Of a DNA stretch of 64,000 nt, positions 1-11,067 are shown piece after piece (the first letter of the stretch is position 1; each line of letters begins with the position of its first letter). Both the position numbers and the translations under genes were made by a program. The notes under the pieces are model-generated. The model was not told where the DNA came from and searched no databases. It worked only from the letters and a program-made list of their open reading frames with translations. The DNA comes from Sedimenticola sp. (GTDB lineage Bacteria > Pseudomonadota > Gammaproteobacteria > Chromatiales > Chromatiaceae). The DNA is taken from assembly GCA_026992075.1 (NCBI GenBank), contig JALXAM010000028.1:28289-92288 (forward strand), given 5' to 3'.

Positions 1-705
<705 letters not shown>

Positions 706-742
706 GCGCTAGCAGCAACGGGATTTCTTCGAGGGAAGGGCC

Positions 743-1927
743 TCAACCGTAGACGGCCATGGCAGCGTCCAGCGCCACCCCTTTCTCGATGGGCCCACCC
801 ATGCGGCCCAGCACCGATTCCAGCGCCGCCAGACAGAACAGCACGTTCCTGCGGTTGCTGGCATGGCCCATGAGGCCGATGCGCCACACCTTGCCCGCCA
901 AGGCACCCAGCCCGGCGCCGATCTCCAGGCTGAACTCCTCCAGCAGGGCCTTGCGCACCGCCGCCTCGTCCACCCCTTCCGGTACGGTGACGGCGTTGAG
1001 CTGGGGCAAGCGGTCGCCCTCCTTCACCACGAAACCAATACCCATGGCCTCCAGCCCCGCTTTCAGGGCCTGGTGGTTGCGTTCATGGCGCGCCCAGGCC
1101 TGCTCCAGCCCCTCCTCGTGCAGGATGAGCAGGGCTTCGTGCAGGGCATAGAGGGAGTTCACCGGGGCCGTGTGGTGGTAGGTGCGCTGGGCGCCGGAGC
1201 CCCAGTAGCCCAGCACCAGGTTGAGATCCAGGAACCAGCTCTGCACCGGGTGGCGGCGCCCCTTCACCACTTCCAGGGCCCGATCACTGAAGGTGATGGG
1301 CGACAGGCCGGGCACGCAGGAGAGACATTTCTGGGTACCGGAGTAGACCGCATCCGCGCCCCATTCATCCACCTTCACCGGCGTCCCCCCCAGGGAGGTG
1401 ACGGTATCCACGATGGTGAGACAGTCGTGTTCCCGCGCCAGTCGGCAGAGGGTGGCTGCGTCGGACTGGGCGCCAGTAGAAGTCTCCGCATGGACGAACG
1501 CCAGGATCTTGGCATCGGGGTGGGCCTCCAGCGCGGCCTCCACCTTCTCCGGATCCACCACGCTGCCCCATTCGTCCTCCACCACCACGGCTTCACCGCC
1601 GCAACGGACCACGTTCTCCTTCATGCGGCCGCCGAAGACGCCGTTAATACAGACGATCACCTTGTCCCCGGGCTCCACCAGGTTGGCGAAACAGGTCTCC
1701 ATGCCGGCGGAACCCGGGGCCGAAACCGGCATGGTGAGGGCGTTCCCCGTCATGAAGGCGTACTGCAGCAGCGCCTTCACCTGGTCCATCATCTCCACGA
1801 AGCGGGGGTCCAGATGGCCGATGGTGGGACGTGAGAGCGCCTCCAACACCCGGGGCGGGACATCCGAAGGGCCCGGTCCCATGAGGGTGCGGACCGGGGG
1901 CAGAAAAGGCTTGGCGTCGATGGACAT
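743..1927 (-). CDS. Class V PLP aminotransferase (alanine-glyoxylate/serine-pyruvate family)
   Basis: LMGPGPS, VHAETSTG, VDTVTSLGG, YSGTQKCL (PLP Lys), WRIGLMG; start placed at MSIDAK. Confidence 0.88.
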   Translation of the reverse strand: MSIDAKPFLPPVRTLMGPGPSDVPPRVLEALSRPTIGHLDPRFVEMMDQVKALLQYAFMTGNALTMPVSAPGSAGMETCFANLVEPGDKVIVCINGVFGGRMKENVVRCGGEAVVVEDEWGSVVDPEKVEAALEAHPDAKILAFVHAETSTGAQSDAATLCRLAREHDCLTIVDTVTSLGGTPVKVDEWGADAVYSGTQKCLSCVPGLSPITFSDRALEVVKGRRHPVQSWFLDLNLVLGYWGSGAQRTYHHTAPVNSLYALHEALLILHEEGLEQAWARHERNHQALKAGLEAMGIGFVVKEGDRLPQLNAVTVPEGVDEAAVRKALLEEFSLEIGAGLGALAGKVWRIGLMGHASNRRNVLFCLAALESVLGRMGGPIEKGVALDAAMAVYG

Positions 1928-2016
1928 GGAATTCGATGCAATCTCGGGTTGGCAGTGGAAACGACAATATATCAGCCTGCCGGGCTCCATATCCATGCAT
2001 GGCAAGTTGGTTTCCC

Positions 2017-2049
2017 GAAAGAAGAAAGCCCCGCGGATGCGGGGCTTTC
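2017..2049 (-). terminator. Rho-independent terminator after cytochrome c4
   Basis: 11-bp perfect stem GAAAGCCCCGC/GCGGGGCTTTC, 4-nt loop, T-rich tail on - strand. Confidence 0.7.
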
Positions 2050-2075
2050 CGAGAGCGGTCGACCGGGAAGAGCGG

Positions 2076-2684
2076 TCAGTGCAGGCCTTGCACGTACTGC
2101 GCAACCGCCTCGATGTCGTGGTCGTTCATGAGCGCGGTGACGCCCCGCATCATGCTGTTGGGATCGTTGCTGCGCACACCTTCCCGGAAATCCTTCAGCT
2201 GCTTGGCCACGTAAGCCGCGTTCTGGCCGGAAACGCTGGGGAAACCTGCGGCGGAATTGCCACTCCCGGTGGGGCCATGACAGCCGATACAAGCGGGCAC
2301 GCCCTTGGCCAGGCCGGCCCGGTAGATCTGCTCTCCCAGCTCCACCTTGTCGGCAGCCGCCTCCCCGATCTTGGGCTTCTGGGATGAGAAATAGGCTGCC
2401 AGATTTTCCATGTCCTGATCATTCAGAGGCGCCGCCATGGGCGCCATGGTATCGTCCTTACGGGCGCCCGCCTTGAAGTCTTGCAGCTGCTTGACGATGT
2501 ACTTGGGGTGCTGCCCCGCCAGCTTGGGGAACAAGGCATTGGCGCTACCGTTTCCGTCGGCACCATGACAGGCAGCGCAAACTGCCGACTTGGCCTTGCC
2601 GGCCTCCACGTCACCCCCAGCCTGCGCCACCCCACCGGTAGCCGCCAACGCCAGGAACGAAGCAATCCATAACGCCTTTTTCAT
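2076..2684 (-). CDS. Di-haem cytochrome c4
   Basis: Signal peptide, two CxxCH motifs (CAACH, CIGCH), FPKLAGQ and FPSVSGQ, axial Met motifs. Confidence 0.9.
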   Translation of the reverse strand: MKKALWIASFLALAATGGVAQAGGDVEAGKAKSAVCAACHGADGNGSANALFPKLAGQHPKYIVKQLQDFKAGARKDDTMAPMAAPLNDQDMENLAAYFSSQKPKIGEAAADKVELGEQIYRAGLAKGVPACIGCHGPTGSGNSAAGFPSVSGQNAAYVAKQLKDFREGVRSNDPNSMMRGVTALMNDHDIEAVAQYVQGLH

Positions 2685-2726
2685 CGCATACTCCAAGTAC
2701 ATTATCAAATACTGAATTTGTCAGAC

Positions 2727-2758
2727 AAAAGCCGGGGGTGCCTGAAAGCACCCCCGGC
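2727..2758 (-). terminator. Rho-independent terminator after mono-haem cytochrome
   Basis: 11-bp perfect stem GCCGGGGGTGC/GCACCCCCGGC followed by TTTT on - strand. Confidence 0.7.
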
Positions 2759-2764
2759 ACGGCT

Positions 2765-3073
2765 TCACTTGAGGCTGGAGAAATAGGCCGCCAGGTTTTC
2801 GATGTCTTGATCGGAAAGCTGGGCAGCCTGCGGACTCATCAGGGGGTCCTTACGGGTACCGGCCTTGAAAGCCTTGAGCTGCTTGATGATGTACTGTGCT
2901 TTCTGGCCACGAAGGTTGGGCCACTGGGGCTGGGGGCTGATGCCATTGGCACCGTGGCACGCAGCGCATACAGCAGCTTTCGCCTTACCCGCGGCGATAT
3001 CACCCGCCGCCAGGGCGGAGCCGAAAGAAAAAGTGCCGGCAACGAGTGCCACACCCAATATCAGCTTCTTCAT
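2765..3073 (-). CDS. Mono-haem c-type cytochrome (c553/c554, c4-like single domain)
   Basis: Signal peptide, single CAACH, WPNLRGQ, DPLMSP. Confidence 0.9.
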   Translation of the reverse strand: MKKLILGVALVAGTFSFGSALAAGDIAAGKAKAAVCAACHGANGISPQPQWPNLRGQKAQYIIKQLKAFKAGTRKDPLMSPQAAQLSDQDIENLAAYFSSLK

Positions 3074-3137
3074 TGTTCCTTAACTCCATTGTCTGTTGCC
3101 GTGGAAGCCGCAGGAAGAGCGGCAAGCGGAAGTTGCA

Positions 3138-3167
3138 TATATAACAGAAAATTCTAATACAGGTCAA
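3138..3167 (-). promoter_or_regulatory. Possible sigma70 promoter for cytochrome gene
   Basis: TTGACC-N18-TATATA on - strand in an AT-rich intergenic stretch. Confidence 0.35.
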
Positions 3168-3182
3168 ATCTCCGGACCGTCC

Positions 3183-4781
3183 TCAGGCCGCTCGGGAAGC
3201 CACCCATTTGAGCAGCTGTCCTTTGGTGAGGGGGCGGCTGATGTAATACCCCTGAAGCATATCGCACTCCATCTCCCGCAACATGGTGGCCTGCTCGACG
3301 CTCTCCACACCCTCTGCCACCACGTTCAGGCCGAGGTCATGAGCCAGGTTGATGGTGGCCCGCACGATGGCGCGGTCACTCTCCCACTTGATCATGTTGA
3401 TGACGAAGCTCTTGTCCACCTTGAGCTCGTCCACCGGCAGGCGTGACAGGTACGCCAGCGAAGAGTGGCCCACGCCGAAGTCGTCCACGCTCAGCCCCAC
3501 GCCGATGGCGGCCAGCTGCAGCAGCACCTGCAGCGCCCGCTCCGAGTCCTGCATGATGGCGCTTTCGGTGAGCTCGAAACGCACCCGCTCCGGCTTCAGG
3601 CCATACTGGGCCACCATTCGCTCCACCCAGAGAGGGAATCCGCTTTCGCCCAGCACCCGGGCGGAAAGATTGATGGCGATCACCGCGTCCACCCCCATCT
3701 CCATGAGCTCGCGTTGGGTGGAGAAACAGGCCTCGATGATCCAGTGGGTGAGGTCCATGATGTGGCGGGTCTGCTCCACCAGGGGAATGTACATGTCCGC
3801 CGGCAGCAGCCCGTACTCCGGATGATGCCAGCGCAGCAACGCCTCGAAAGCGTGGGAATCGGGCGCGATGAGCGACAGCTTGGGCTGGTAGACCATGCTC
3901 AAGTGGCCCTCGATCATGGCATCCTTGATGCCGGTGACCAGGGCCAGCCGGTCCACACCGATGGTGGCACCCTCCTCCGAGAATATGATGGTGTGGCCGC
4001 CAGCCTGGCGCGCCTTGGACACGGCATGATCGGCATGTTCGATGAGCACCGTCAGTTCGTTGCCCTGTTCCGGGAAGATGGCGGCACCAATGGCGGCACT
4101 CACGGTGACCGGCGACTCGGCCACGTCGATGGGACGGCCCACCGCATCCTGCACCTTGCGCGCGATGATCTCTGCCTGGCTGCGTTCATTGATGTCCGCC
4201 ACCACGGCAAAGACGTCGCCATCGAAACGAGCCACGGTATCGGTTTCCCGCAATGCCTCCACCATGTGCCGCGCCACCTCGCGCAGCACCTGATCCCCAA
4301 CCTCATAGCCAAGGTTCTTGTTGATGCGCTTGAAATCGTTGAGGCTCACCAGCATGAACATGAAGCGGCTGCCACTGCGCCTGGCGTCCACGATCTTCTG
4401 CTGCAACCGCTCCTCCAGCAACATGCGGTTGGGCAGTTCGGTGAGTGCGTCGTGAAAGCTCTGGTACTGAAGCTGGCTCAAGAGCAGGTCCCGTTCCTCA
4501 CGAACAGCAGCCAACTCCCACTCCTGGCGGTGAGCCAGATAAAGCAGGATACCGGGGCCGATGAGCGCCAGCAGCATCAAGGTTCCATGCCACAACAGCA
4601 GGGGCCAGAGAGCGGCAGGGTCCTCTCGGTAGGCGTGCCAGGCGTGGGAGACCAGCATCAGGGTGAAAAGGGCATAGGAGACCAGAACCAGCGGCAGGGC
4701 CCATCCCAGCATCCGCTTGCGCGTGGAAGCGTCCTGGGCAGGCTCCACGGGGGCCGGGTTGTCCCTGTCGGTGGCGATCAT
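3183..4781 (-). CDS. Membrane-anchored degenerate-GGDEF/EAL c-di-GMP phosphodiesterase
   Basis: Two N-terminal TM segments; GGDEF replaced by DGDVF; EAL motifs FEALLRW, INLS, ELTE, DDFGVGHSS, KVDKSF, EGVE, QGY; start uncertain. Confidence 0.85.
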   Translation of the reverse strand: MIATDRDNPAPVEPAQDASTRKRMLGWALPLVLVSYALFTLMLVSHAWHAYREDPAALWPLLLWHGTLMLLALIGPGILLYLAHRQEWELAAVREERDLLLSQLQYQSFHDALTELPNRMLLEERLQQKIVDARRSGSRFMFMLVSLNDFKRINKNLGYEVGDQVLREVARHMVEALRETDTVARFDGDVFAVVADINERSQAEIIARKVQDAVGRPIDVAESPVTVSAAIGAAIFPEQGNELTVLIEHADHAVSKARQAGGHTIIFSEEGATIGVDRLALVTGIKDAMIEGHLSMVYQPKLSLIAPDSHAFEALLRWHHPEYGLLPADMYIPLVEQTRHIMDLTHWIIEACFSTQRELMEMGVDAVIAINLSARVLGESGFPLWVERMVAQYGLKPERVRFELTESAIMQDSERALQVLLQLAAIGVGLSVDDFGVGHSSLAYLSRLPVDELKVDKSFVINMIKWESDRAIVRATINLAHDLGLNVVAEGVESVEQATMLREMECDMLQGYYISRPLTKGQLLKWVASRAA

Positions 4782-4878
4782 GGATAGGGCACGTCGAGCA
4801 CGGTCGGGCGTAACTGCGCGATGGATCCGTTGATTCGTCTGCAAGTATATCGGGAACTTCCCCAATAATGCACGTTAA

Positions 4879-5037
4879 GGAGCTCTGATTTAATCCTGGA
4901 CGAAGCTGGTTGTTCTCCACAGGTTCGAGTACAAGGCGAAGTTCGCAGGCAATAGCAAGCTATTGGCAAGAACTTCAACGCAGTAATCCGGCCGGAGGAG
5001 GACAAGATGCGAGTTCATGGATTAAGTCAGAGGTTCT
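4879..5037. mobile_element. MITE A (non-autonomous, IS5-like ends)
   Basis: Imperfect TIRs GGAGCTCTGATTTAATCC / GGATTAAGTCAGAGGTTCT; flanked by TTAA at 4875-4878 and 5038-5041; internal hairpin GAAGTTC..CAATAGC-AA-GCTATTG..GAACTTC. Confidence 0.62.
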
Positions 5038-5041
5038 TTAA

Positions 5042-5193
5042 GGAAGCTCTGATAAAAGCCATCCCTGGCTTTATCAGAGCACGCCGCGCCGCAAACGCGG
5101 TTTGCGGCTTGCTCCAAAATCAATCGCTTACAGCGATCGATTTTGCCGGCACTTCCCTGTACCGGCGGAAGGTCTGAATTTTTCAGACCTTCC
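5042..5193. mobile_element. MITE B (non-autonomous, IS5-like ends)
   Basis: TIRs GGAAGCTCTGATAAA / TTTTTCAGACCTTCC; TTAA at 5038-5041 and 5194-5197; several internal hairpins. Confidence 0.72.
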
Positions 5194-5310
5194 TTAATGC
5201 GGCTGAAGATAAGACTCATGTGTCGGGCGGTTGATCATCACTCTGGGAATGTTAAAGTTCCTGGTATCGGCGGCTGGAGCAATCGCCAGCCTCGCAAAGG
5301 GAGGAACACC

Positions 5311-5898
5311 ATGGCTTCTTACCGGGCCCTGCCGGTGACATTGATCGAGACCGATGTCACCTATCAAAAGCCGCGCCAGAAGTTTCGCGAGCGGGTGACC
5401 CTCGACGACCCGGCCTTGGAGGTGATGACCGATTTCACCCAGGTGACGGCCATCAGCATCAACCCCTGCGCCACCCTGGAACAGGCGCGTGAACGCATGG
5501 TCTCCAGTGGCGTGCACATGCTGTTCGTCACCAACCAGTACCACGAGGTGATGGGGCTGCTCACCTCCAACGATCTGCGTGGACCAAAGCCGATGCAGGT
5601 AGTGGCCGAGAACGGTGGCCGGATGGAAGAGGTGATGGTGCGGGAGATCATGACACCGCGATTCAAGCTGGAAGCCATCGACCTGGAAGAGATCCGTCAT
5701 GCCCGCGTGGGCGACCTGGTGGAGAGCTTGAAACGCATGGGACGCCAACACGCGTTGGTGGTGGAGAACTTGCCGGACGCCGGCAAGCAGATCATTCGTG
5801 GAGTCATTTCCGCCACCCAGATCGGCAAGCAGCTGGGCCGGGAGATCCAGAGCTCCCACATGGCGGGCAACATCGCGGAACTTGCCAGCCATGCCTGA
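5311..5898 (+). CDS. CBS domain-containing protein
   Basis: GGGAGG RBS; CBS pair (VMTD..., VMGLLTSNDL, EIMTP, IRGVISATQI). Confidence 0.8.
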   Translation: MASYRALPVTLIETDVTYQKPRQKFRERVTLDDPALEVMTDFTQVTAISINPCATLEQARERMVSSGVHMLFVTNQYHEVMGLLTSNDLRGPKPMQVVAENGGRMEEVMVREIMTPRFKLEAIDLEEIRHARVGDLVESLKRMGRQHALVVENLPDAGKQIIRGVISATQIGKQLGREIQSSHMAGNIAELASHA

Positions 5899-6235
5899 GG
5901 TCCGATTCGGAAAACTGGCCCATGGCCAGCACTTCGTCTGGCGCAACCGGGAATGGACCAAGATCGGCCCCCTGCTGGCGCAACGCAAGGGCCGGGGCGA
6001 CACCGTGATGCTGCGCCGCTCCACCCTGGTGGAGGTGAGGGAGAGTCAGATGCGCATACCGGGCCTGGAGCCCAGGATGGTCTCTCCGGAAGAACTTGGG
6101 CACCTGTTTCGCGAGATTGCCCTGCTCGCCGAAAAGCTGCCGCTCCGGGATCCGGAGCGGGAAGTCTTCGTGGCCGAGGTGCGGGAGCATTTCCTGGCCG
6201 TCATGCACACACCACAAACCAAGGAATCCGCCTGA
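5891..6235 (+). CDS. Hypothetical protein (114 aa)
   Basis: Overlaps CBS stop by 8 nt and ends 1 nt before next start; protein-like composition. Confidence 0.65.
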   Translation: MPEVRFGKLAHGQHFVWRNREWTKIGPLLAQRKGRGDTVMLRRSTLVEVRESQMRIPGLEPRMVSPEELGHLFREIALLAEKLPLRDPEREVFVAEVREHFLAVMHTPQTKESA

Positions 6236-6236
6236 A

Positions 6237-6530
6237 ATGAACAAAGTCATTCCCCTGGGTTTTGTTGCCCTCCTGCTTCCCTTCGCCGCATCTGCCCAAC
6301 CCCCTGCAGGCGGCCCACCCCCTTCTCTGTCGGACTCCTTCATGAACAGCCTGGACACCAACCACGACGGCAAGGTGGACAAGGCCGAGTTCCTGAAGCC
6401 CTATGAAAAGCAGTTCGAGTCCATGGATGCCAACCACGACGGCGCCATCGACCGTGCCGAGATCGAGGAGCTGGAGAAGCAGGTAAAAGCGCGCATGGAG
6501 CAGATGCGCCGCCAGCGGGGCCAGCGCTGA
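6237..6530 (+). CDS. Secreted/periplasmic EF-hand Ca-binding protein
   Basis: Signal peptide; two canonical loops DTNHDGKVDKAE and DANHDGAIDRAE. Confidence 0.85.
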   Translation: MNKVIPLGFVALLLPFAASAQPPAGGPPPSLSDSFMNSLDTNHDGKVDKAEFLKPYEKQFESMDANHDGAIDRAEIEELEKQVKARMEQMRRQRGQR

Positions 6531-7029
6531 TGCTGCAGGGGCGCACGCCCTTTGGCATCGGCTTTCTGATCTGCGCCATGGCCATGGCCGTGGCGCTCTT
6601 CTATTTCCAGCGCCACCTGGAGCTGGAGCCCTGTCCACTGTGCATATTCCAGCGCATCACGGTGATGGCTGCGGGCCTGCTCTTCTTCGCCGGTCTGCTG
6701 CACAACCCCCATGGCATGATGCGCCGCACCTATGGCGCCCTGCTCACCGCCACCAGTCTGGTGGGCATCGGCATATCGGGGCGCCACATTTGGCTGCAGT
6801 ACTTCGCCGACCCCGACAGCCTGGGCTGCGGCCCGGGGCTGGAATTCATGCTGGAGAACGACCCGCTGTCCAAAGTGATCGCGGACGTGCTCAAGGGGAC
6901 CGGCGATTGCGGCGAGATTCTCTGGACCCTGTTCGGCATCAGCATACCGGGCTGGACGCTGCTACTGTTCCTGGTGCTGCTGGGGCTGAGCCTGGGGATT
7001 CTGCTGGGACGGGAAGAAGACCGCACCCT

Positions 7030-7033
<4 letters not shown>
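6530..7033 (+). CDS. dsbB: Disulfide bond formation protein B
   Basis: LEPCPLCIFQR, GRHIWLQ, second Cys pair (GCG...GDCG), FGISIPGW; 4 TM. Confidence 0.9.
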
Positions 7034-9011
<1,978 letters not shown>

Positions 9012-9041
9012 TTAGCCAATGGCCCGCCCCAATGCAAGGGA

Positions 9042-9065
9042 CGAACTTCGCCTTGTAGCCGAACC
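9042..9065 (-). repeat. Remnant of MITE A core in thiC leader
   Basis: Reverse complement matches 4922-4945 at 22/24 nt. Confidence 0.5.
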
Positions 9066-9136
9066 CGAGGAATACATTTTGCCTCGTGCCGAAACAGTCT
9101 TATGGGAAATGACCACGGAGACATGGAGAATTCGAT

Positions 9137-9217
9137 GTAGGAGGCGCGTCCCCGCGCCGAACGGCCTGGGTGTCTCACCTCCTTCCTGATGGTTCGCGGC
9201 GGGAACGCCACTCCTAC
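9137..9217. repeat. REP-like palindromic pair, family B, second copy
   Basis: GTAGGAGGCGCGTCCCCGCGCCGAAC...GGTTCGCGGCGGGAACGCCACTCCTAC; same arms as 7030-7107, different loop. Confidence 0.8.
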
Positions 9218-9336
9218 CCGATGTTTTCCATGATCCGGGGTGTGAATGTTAGAGGCTCCCTGGTAAACCTTTTCCGCTTGTCTGCCGCGGGTTTTGGCCT
9301 TAATCTTTGGCGGCCTGCCCTGCCGGAGAATGAACC

Positions 9337-9999
9337 ATGACCGTGATCGACGTGGAAAAAGCCCGCTACAACATGGCCGAACAGCAGATCCGGCCGTGGG
9401 AGGTGTTCGACGAGCGCGTGCTGGAGGTGATGCAGCAGGTGCCGCGGGAGCGCTTCGTGCCCCACGAGTACCGGGAGCTGGCCTTTGCCGACCTGCGCAT
9501 ACCCCTGGGCCACGGCGAGGTGATGATGGAGCCCAAGGTGGAGGCACGCATGCTGCAGGCGCTGGAGCTCAAGCCCAACGACCACATCCTGGAGGTGGGC
9601 ACCGGCAGCGGTTTCGTCACCGCCTGCCTGGCCACACTGGGCAACTCGGTAGTGAGCTACGACATCCACGAGGAGTTCATCGAGAGCGCCGGCGACAAGC
9701 TGACACGGCAGGGGATCAACAACGTCCATCTCCACCTCGGCAACCCCCTCACCCTGGAGGAGCTCCCCCGGGAAGGCTTCGACGTGGTGGCGGTCACCGG
9801 CTCCATGCCCCTTTACGACCCGGCACTGGAAGCGGTGCTGGCCGACGGCGGGAGGCTGTTCCAGGTGGTGGGCCAGTCACCGGTGATGCACGCCATGCGC
9901 ATCACCCGGCGCGGTGACGAGTTCATCCAGGAGTACCTCTTCGAAACCGACCTGCCGCCCCTGCGGCATATTCCCGAGCCGCGCCAGTTCCGTTTCTGA
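9337..9999 (+). CDS. pcm: Protein-L-isoaspartate O-methyltransferase family
   Basis: ARYNMAEQQIRPW, VPRERFVP, ILEVGTGSGF, LADGGRL. Confidence 0.88.
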   Translation: MTVIDVEKARYNMAEQQIRPWEVFDERVLEVMQQVPRERFVPHEYRELAFADLRIPLGHGEVMMEPKVEARMLQALELKPNDHILEVGTGSGFVTACLATLGNSVVSYDIHEEFIESAGDKLTRQGINNVHLHLGNPLTLEELPREGFDVVAVTGSMPLYDPALEAVLADGGRLFQVVGQSPVMHAMRITRRGDEFIQEYLFETDLPPLRHIPEPRQFRF

Positions 10000-10035
10000 G
10001 ACGCGCTCCTTCAACCGCAGCCACTGCAACCCCCT

Positions 10036-10216
10036 GTAGGCCGGACTTCAGTCCGACAACCAGAGGCTTTCGGAGGGGCCGATGGGGTGACCCTCGTAGC
10101 GGGAACGCCGTGAATACTTTTGCGCTACGCTTCCTGCTCTGCGCAAAAGCCCAGCCCCGCCATCCATGGCGGGGCGTTCGGTGTTGGTTATTCTGTCGGG
10201 CTTCAGCCCGACCTAC
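10036..10216. repeat. Composite repeat: family A REP pair enclosing a GCCGTGAATAC/CGCCATCCATGGCG module
   Basis: GTAGGCCGGACTTCAGTCCGACA (10036-10058) and TGTCGGGCTTCAGCCCGACCTAC (10194-10216); inner module 10101-10180 shared with 42011-42114. Confidence 0.8.
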
Positions 10217-10449
10217 GACCTGCTCCCTCCGTGGGTTGGCCGCGCCAGCCGCTTTTCGAGCAGCGCCTGCCGCTGCGCCTCCGGCAGCAGCTCCAGCGCC
10301 TCGATGCTGTAGGCCACGGCACAGGGGATGCGCGCCACCTCGCCCAGGTACTCGCTCACCTTGGTGCTGTGCAGACAGAGCACCTTGGCCAGCTGGGCGG
10401 CGTCGAGCCCCCAGCGGCGCCTCACCGAATCGAGCTCTTCTGCGGTCAT
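10213..10449 (-). CDS. Small putative HTH (XRE-like) protein
   Basis: 78 aa; LDSVRRRWGLDAAQLAKVLCLHSTKVSEY resembles an XRE helix-turn-helix; GGAGGAG RBS upstream. Confidence 0.6.
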   Translation of the reverse strand: MTAEELDSVRRRWGLDAAQLAKVLCLHSTKVSEYLGEVARIPCAVAYSIEALELLPEAQRQALLEKRLARPTHGGSRS

Positions 10450-10520
10450 CTTCTCCTCCTCTTCCCGTTCTTCCCGCCAGGCATCCTGACAAAAGCGGGG
10501 CCTTTTGAGAAGATGGCGCC

Positions 10521-11039
10521 ATGCTCGGCGTTCCGCTCTTTTTCCGCTTCCTCGTCGCCATCCTGGTGGTGCAGGCGGCCACCGCGGCGCTCACCCTGGT
10601 GGCCTTTCGCCACGACACCCTCGACCTGCAGCTGGCAGTGGCCGCCCTGGCGCTGCTCACCGCCGTGCTCTCCGCCTTCTGGTTTTCCGGCCTTGCCGGC
10701 CGCTACCGCCAGCAGGTGAAGTCGAAGATGGAGGCACGGCTCTCCCGGGAGCGGCAGAAGCTGAAAACGGAGAAGGAGCAGCGCAAGGAGCTGGCGCGGG
10801 AGCACCGCCGGGTACGCTGGCGCTCCAACTCCAGGGCCGTCCTGCTCTTCGGCGGCCTGGTGGCCACGGGGGGCTTCCTCATGCTCACCCAGTTCATGAC
10901 CCTGGGGCTGCTGCTGGTCAGCGGCGCAGGCGGCGCCGTGGCGGGCTACCTGGCGCGGGGCCGGGTGGGACCTGGAGCAGGCGAATTGCCGGTGGACAAA
11001 AGGCCACCGCTGATCAGCAGCAAACAGGAAAATGGCTGA
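10521..11039 (+). CDS. Hypothetical inner-membrane protein
   Basis: Two hydrophobic hairpins separated by a charged coiled-coil-like stretch. Confidence 0.6.
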   Translation: MLGVPLFFRFLVAILVVQAATAALTLVAFRHDTLDLQLAVAALALLTAVLSAFWFSGLAGRYRQQVKSKMEARLSRERQKLKTEKEQRKELAREHRRVRWRSNSRAVLLFGGLVATGGFLMLTQFMTLGLLLVSGAGGAVAGYLARGRVGPGAGELPVDKRPPLISSKQENG

Positions 11040-11045
11040 CCCATC

Positions 11046-11067
11046 GTCGGGCTGAAGCCCGATCTAC
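11046..11067. repeat. Family A REP, single copy
   Basis: GTCGGGCTGAAGCCCGATCTAC; its CTA is the waaA stop. Confidence 0.75.

Noticed and set aside
4921-4935. GGTTCGAGT, T-loop-like tRNA motif
   Set aside because: No cloverleaf or CCA; lies inside MITE A
9229-9245. CATGATCCGGGG resembling a TPP riboswitch segment
   Set aside because: Wrong strand for thiC and lacks the other conserved elements
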